Below are positions 62,287-64,000 of a stretch of 64,000 bases of DNA, in pieces. The DNA lies in contig JAUFOQ010000016.1 of the NCBI GenBank assembly GCA_040285855.1, positions 2,170,001-2,234,000 of the forward strand, given 5' to 3'. The notes under the pieces are model-generated. The model searched no databases. It saw only the letters and a list, made by a program, of their open reading frames with translations, and was not told the DNA's origin. Within the stretch, counting starts at the first letter, position 1. Each line of letters begins with the position of its first letter. The DNA is from Eukaryota sp. GEM-RC1. Lineage: Eukaryota. The position numbers were made by a program, and so were the translations under genes.

Positions 62287-63454
62287 CATAGCTGTCAAAT
62301 ACAACCAACACGTGTTTGAAAAATACAAAAATACAAAAATACAAAAATACACACGAAAATACAAAAATACAAGTAATAAAAATTGATTTATTAAAAACAA
62401 TGATCAAACTGAATTCCAATTTGTATTCTTCTTTTAAGTTCATTCCTTTTGCTATTTCAATTTTTGGTAATATTGGAATTGCTGCTGAAAATTTCTTTGG
62501 TGCCTTTTCAAAGTTGTGTCGTGACCATAGGAAAAATTTTAATCAGTCTCTTTGGCGCAATCGCATTGTTTTTTCCTTATATAGAAGTTTCCGAAAGTAT
62601 TTGAATCGTATTCTGGACAAATTGTATCGTTGTAGTTCAAGAGTAGATGTGGATCATTTAATATCTTTTAAGTACTAGTTGTTTGTATTTCGTTAATCTA
62701 TAATATAAAACCTAATTATTGATTTATTAAAAACAATAACTATTTGTTGTTTGTTGCTCAAATTATTGGAATAAGCTAAGTAGGTTTGTGACTACAATAC
62801 TCTTGAGTTAGAAAACTGATTCTTCACTTTCTAACAGATCTTCGTCTTCTCTCATCTTCATAATACGTGATCTATTTTTACGCCGTGGCTTTCCAGCTTC
62901 AGAGGAGAAACAATTCATCATTAGATCACTGCTATATATTGGGAGGTCCCTTTGGGGTTGCTGACAGCAACCATACTAGTACTCCAAAGAGGATTCCCAC
63001 CCTTGATGTGACGTAAAGAATAGTTGACAGGAGGGTTTTACTAGGAGAGGGTTGTATCATAATTGTTGAGAGAAGTAATTTACCAACTGTGAAAGCACCA
63101 ACAATAATTAGTGTTGGTGCTTTCACCAATGGAATGAGGAAAAGCTTGTTTATTGATCTATACAAGAAAGAAGAACTACTGCCACGTCACTATTCACTAA
63201 CACTGTATTAGCAGTAGCAGAGATGTTACCGCAACAACTAGAATCAAATTTATAAACCAATGCCGTTAGTTGATTGATCTACACATACTAACCATGGCAT
63301 TCAACGGTTTAGATAGTACAATCAGAGAAATGTTGAAATCGAAATCTAGCGAAATTCGTTCAAAAAATACAAAAATACAAAAAAATACACTTTTGAGACA
63401 CAGTTGTATTTTACAAAAATACAAAAATACACAAAAGTGTATTTTTCAGCTATG
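62287..63454. mobile_element. hAT-like MITE (AAAATAC family)
   Basis: TIR CATAGCTGTCAAATACA / TGTATTTTTCAGCTATG; perfect TSD ATTCTAAA. A solo end of the same family is at 55427. Confidence 0.92.
62402..62717 (+). mobile_element. 5'-truncated CRE-like retrotransposon fragment
   Basis: Encodes FIPFAISIFGNIG..AENF...WRNRIVFSL, homologous to the 3' end of the 9-12 kb element. 20-bp TSD ATTGATTTATTAAAAACAAT (62382-62401 / 62718-62737). Confidence 0.85.
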
Positions 63455-63519
63455 ATTCTAAACAACACTGGTGTACCAACTTTTACACTAACAATAACTA
63501 ACAATATATTGCAATATAT

Positions 63520-63897
63520 AGAGAGAGAGATGTTTATTCGGCACCCAATAAGGTAACCTTTCTACAAACTATGAAATTGTAAAAACAAACAAATAATACT
63601 AAGATTAAATCCAAACGACTTCATCACCACCCGGTAAAAGATTACGTTTATCTACATGAACCTTCACACCAAACTTGTACAATTTCTCAATTAATCTAGA
63701 GAAATAGAAAGGCATATTCCGATATATGGAAAACACTATACGGTTTTTCCATTCAGCCATTCTAAACTTACGCTTCTTTTCTTTACACAATTCTTCGAAA
63801 TCCTTGAAAAATTGATCACCAGCAGGACTAATAGATCCAAAAGAGAAACAGCAAAAGGTTGAAACACAAATTTGGAATATGAGTTTCTATTTAATTC
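63520..63897 (-). mobile_element. 5'-truncated CRE-like retrotransposon fragment with a (TC)n tail
   Basis: Encodes WKNRIVFSIYR; AATAAA is followed by (TC)5; 11-bp TSD TTGCAATATAT (63509-63519 / 63898-63908). Confidence 0.8.
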
Positions 63898-64000
63898 TTG
63901 CAATATATTGTTATTGTGTATGTACGGTAATGTACCAACAATACCATATTGTTATTGTAACAATATCAATATATTGCAATATCAATAAATTTTTTCCAAT

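Larger units (their letters stand above)
61005..64000 (-). mobile_element. Large defective hAT element (CAATAT subterminal family) with nested insertions; right TIR runs off the window
   Basis: Left end CAGGGATTGGAAAAAT; the window ends ...TTTTTTCCAAT (inverted copy lacking the last 5 nt); CAATAT/ATATTG arrays at both ends; contains a transposase relic. Confidence 0.75.

Noticed and set aside
1..64000. tRNA, rRNA, snRNA or Fanzor/TnpB genes
   Set aside because: None recognisable by eye. A covariance-model or HMM search would be needed to exclude divergent ones.

Overview
AT-rich, gene-dense, intron-poor eukaryotic (protist) DNA. Tiny GT-AG introns and divergent housekeeping genes would fit a metamonad-like lineage, but that is inference only. 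Housekeeping genes: Rab18-like GTPase, VPS2/CHMP2, divergent PRP17/CDC40, TRM6/GCD10, LAS1, VPS55, VPS22/SNF8, a two-RRM protein and a membrane-anchored P-loop NTPase. Two giant surface/receptor-like genes carry near-identical internal tandem repeats (465-bp and ~1038-bp units). Two ~5.3-kb TmcB-like paralogues form an inverted duplication around LAS1. Intergenic DNA holds many non-autonomous TIR elements: hAT-like ones (8-bp TSDs, consensus nTTnnnAn), each family with its own subterminal motif, and TA-flanked Tc1/mariner-like minis. There is also one near-full and two 5'-truncated CRE-like non-LTR retrotransposons, all nested inside TIR elements, and a PIF1 helicase relic. Most breaks in host ORFs are single-base changes in homopolymers, probably long-read errors. 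Most notable: a 33-nt Rab intron that looks like a tandem duplication of coding sequence, a candidate 24-nt intronisation in one TmcB paralogue, and retroelements found only inside DNA transposons. No clearly new multi-gene system was identified.
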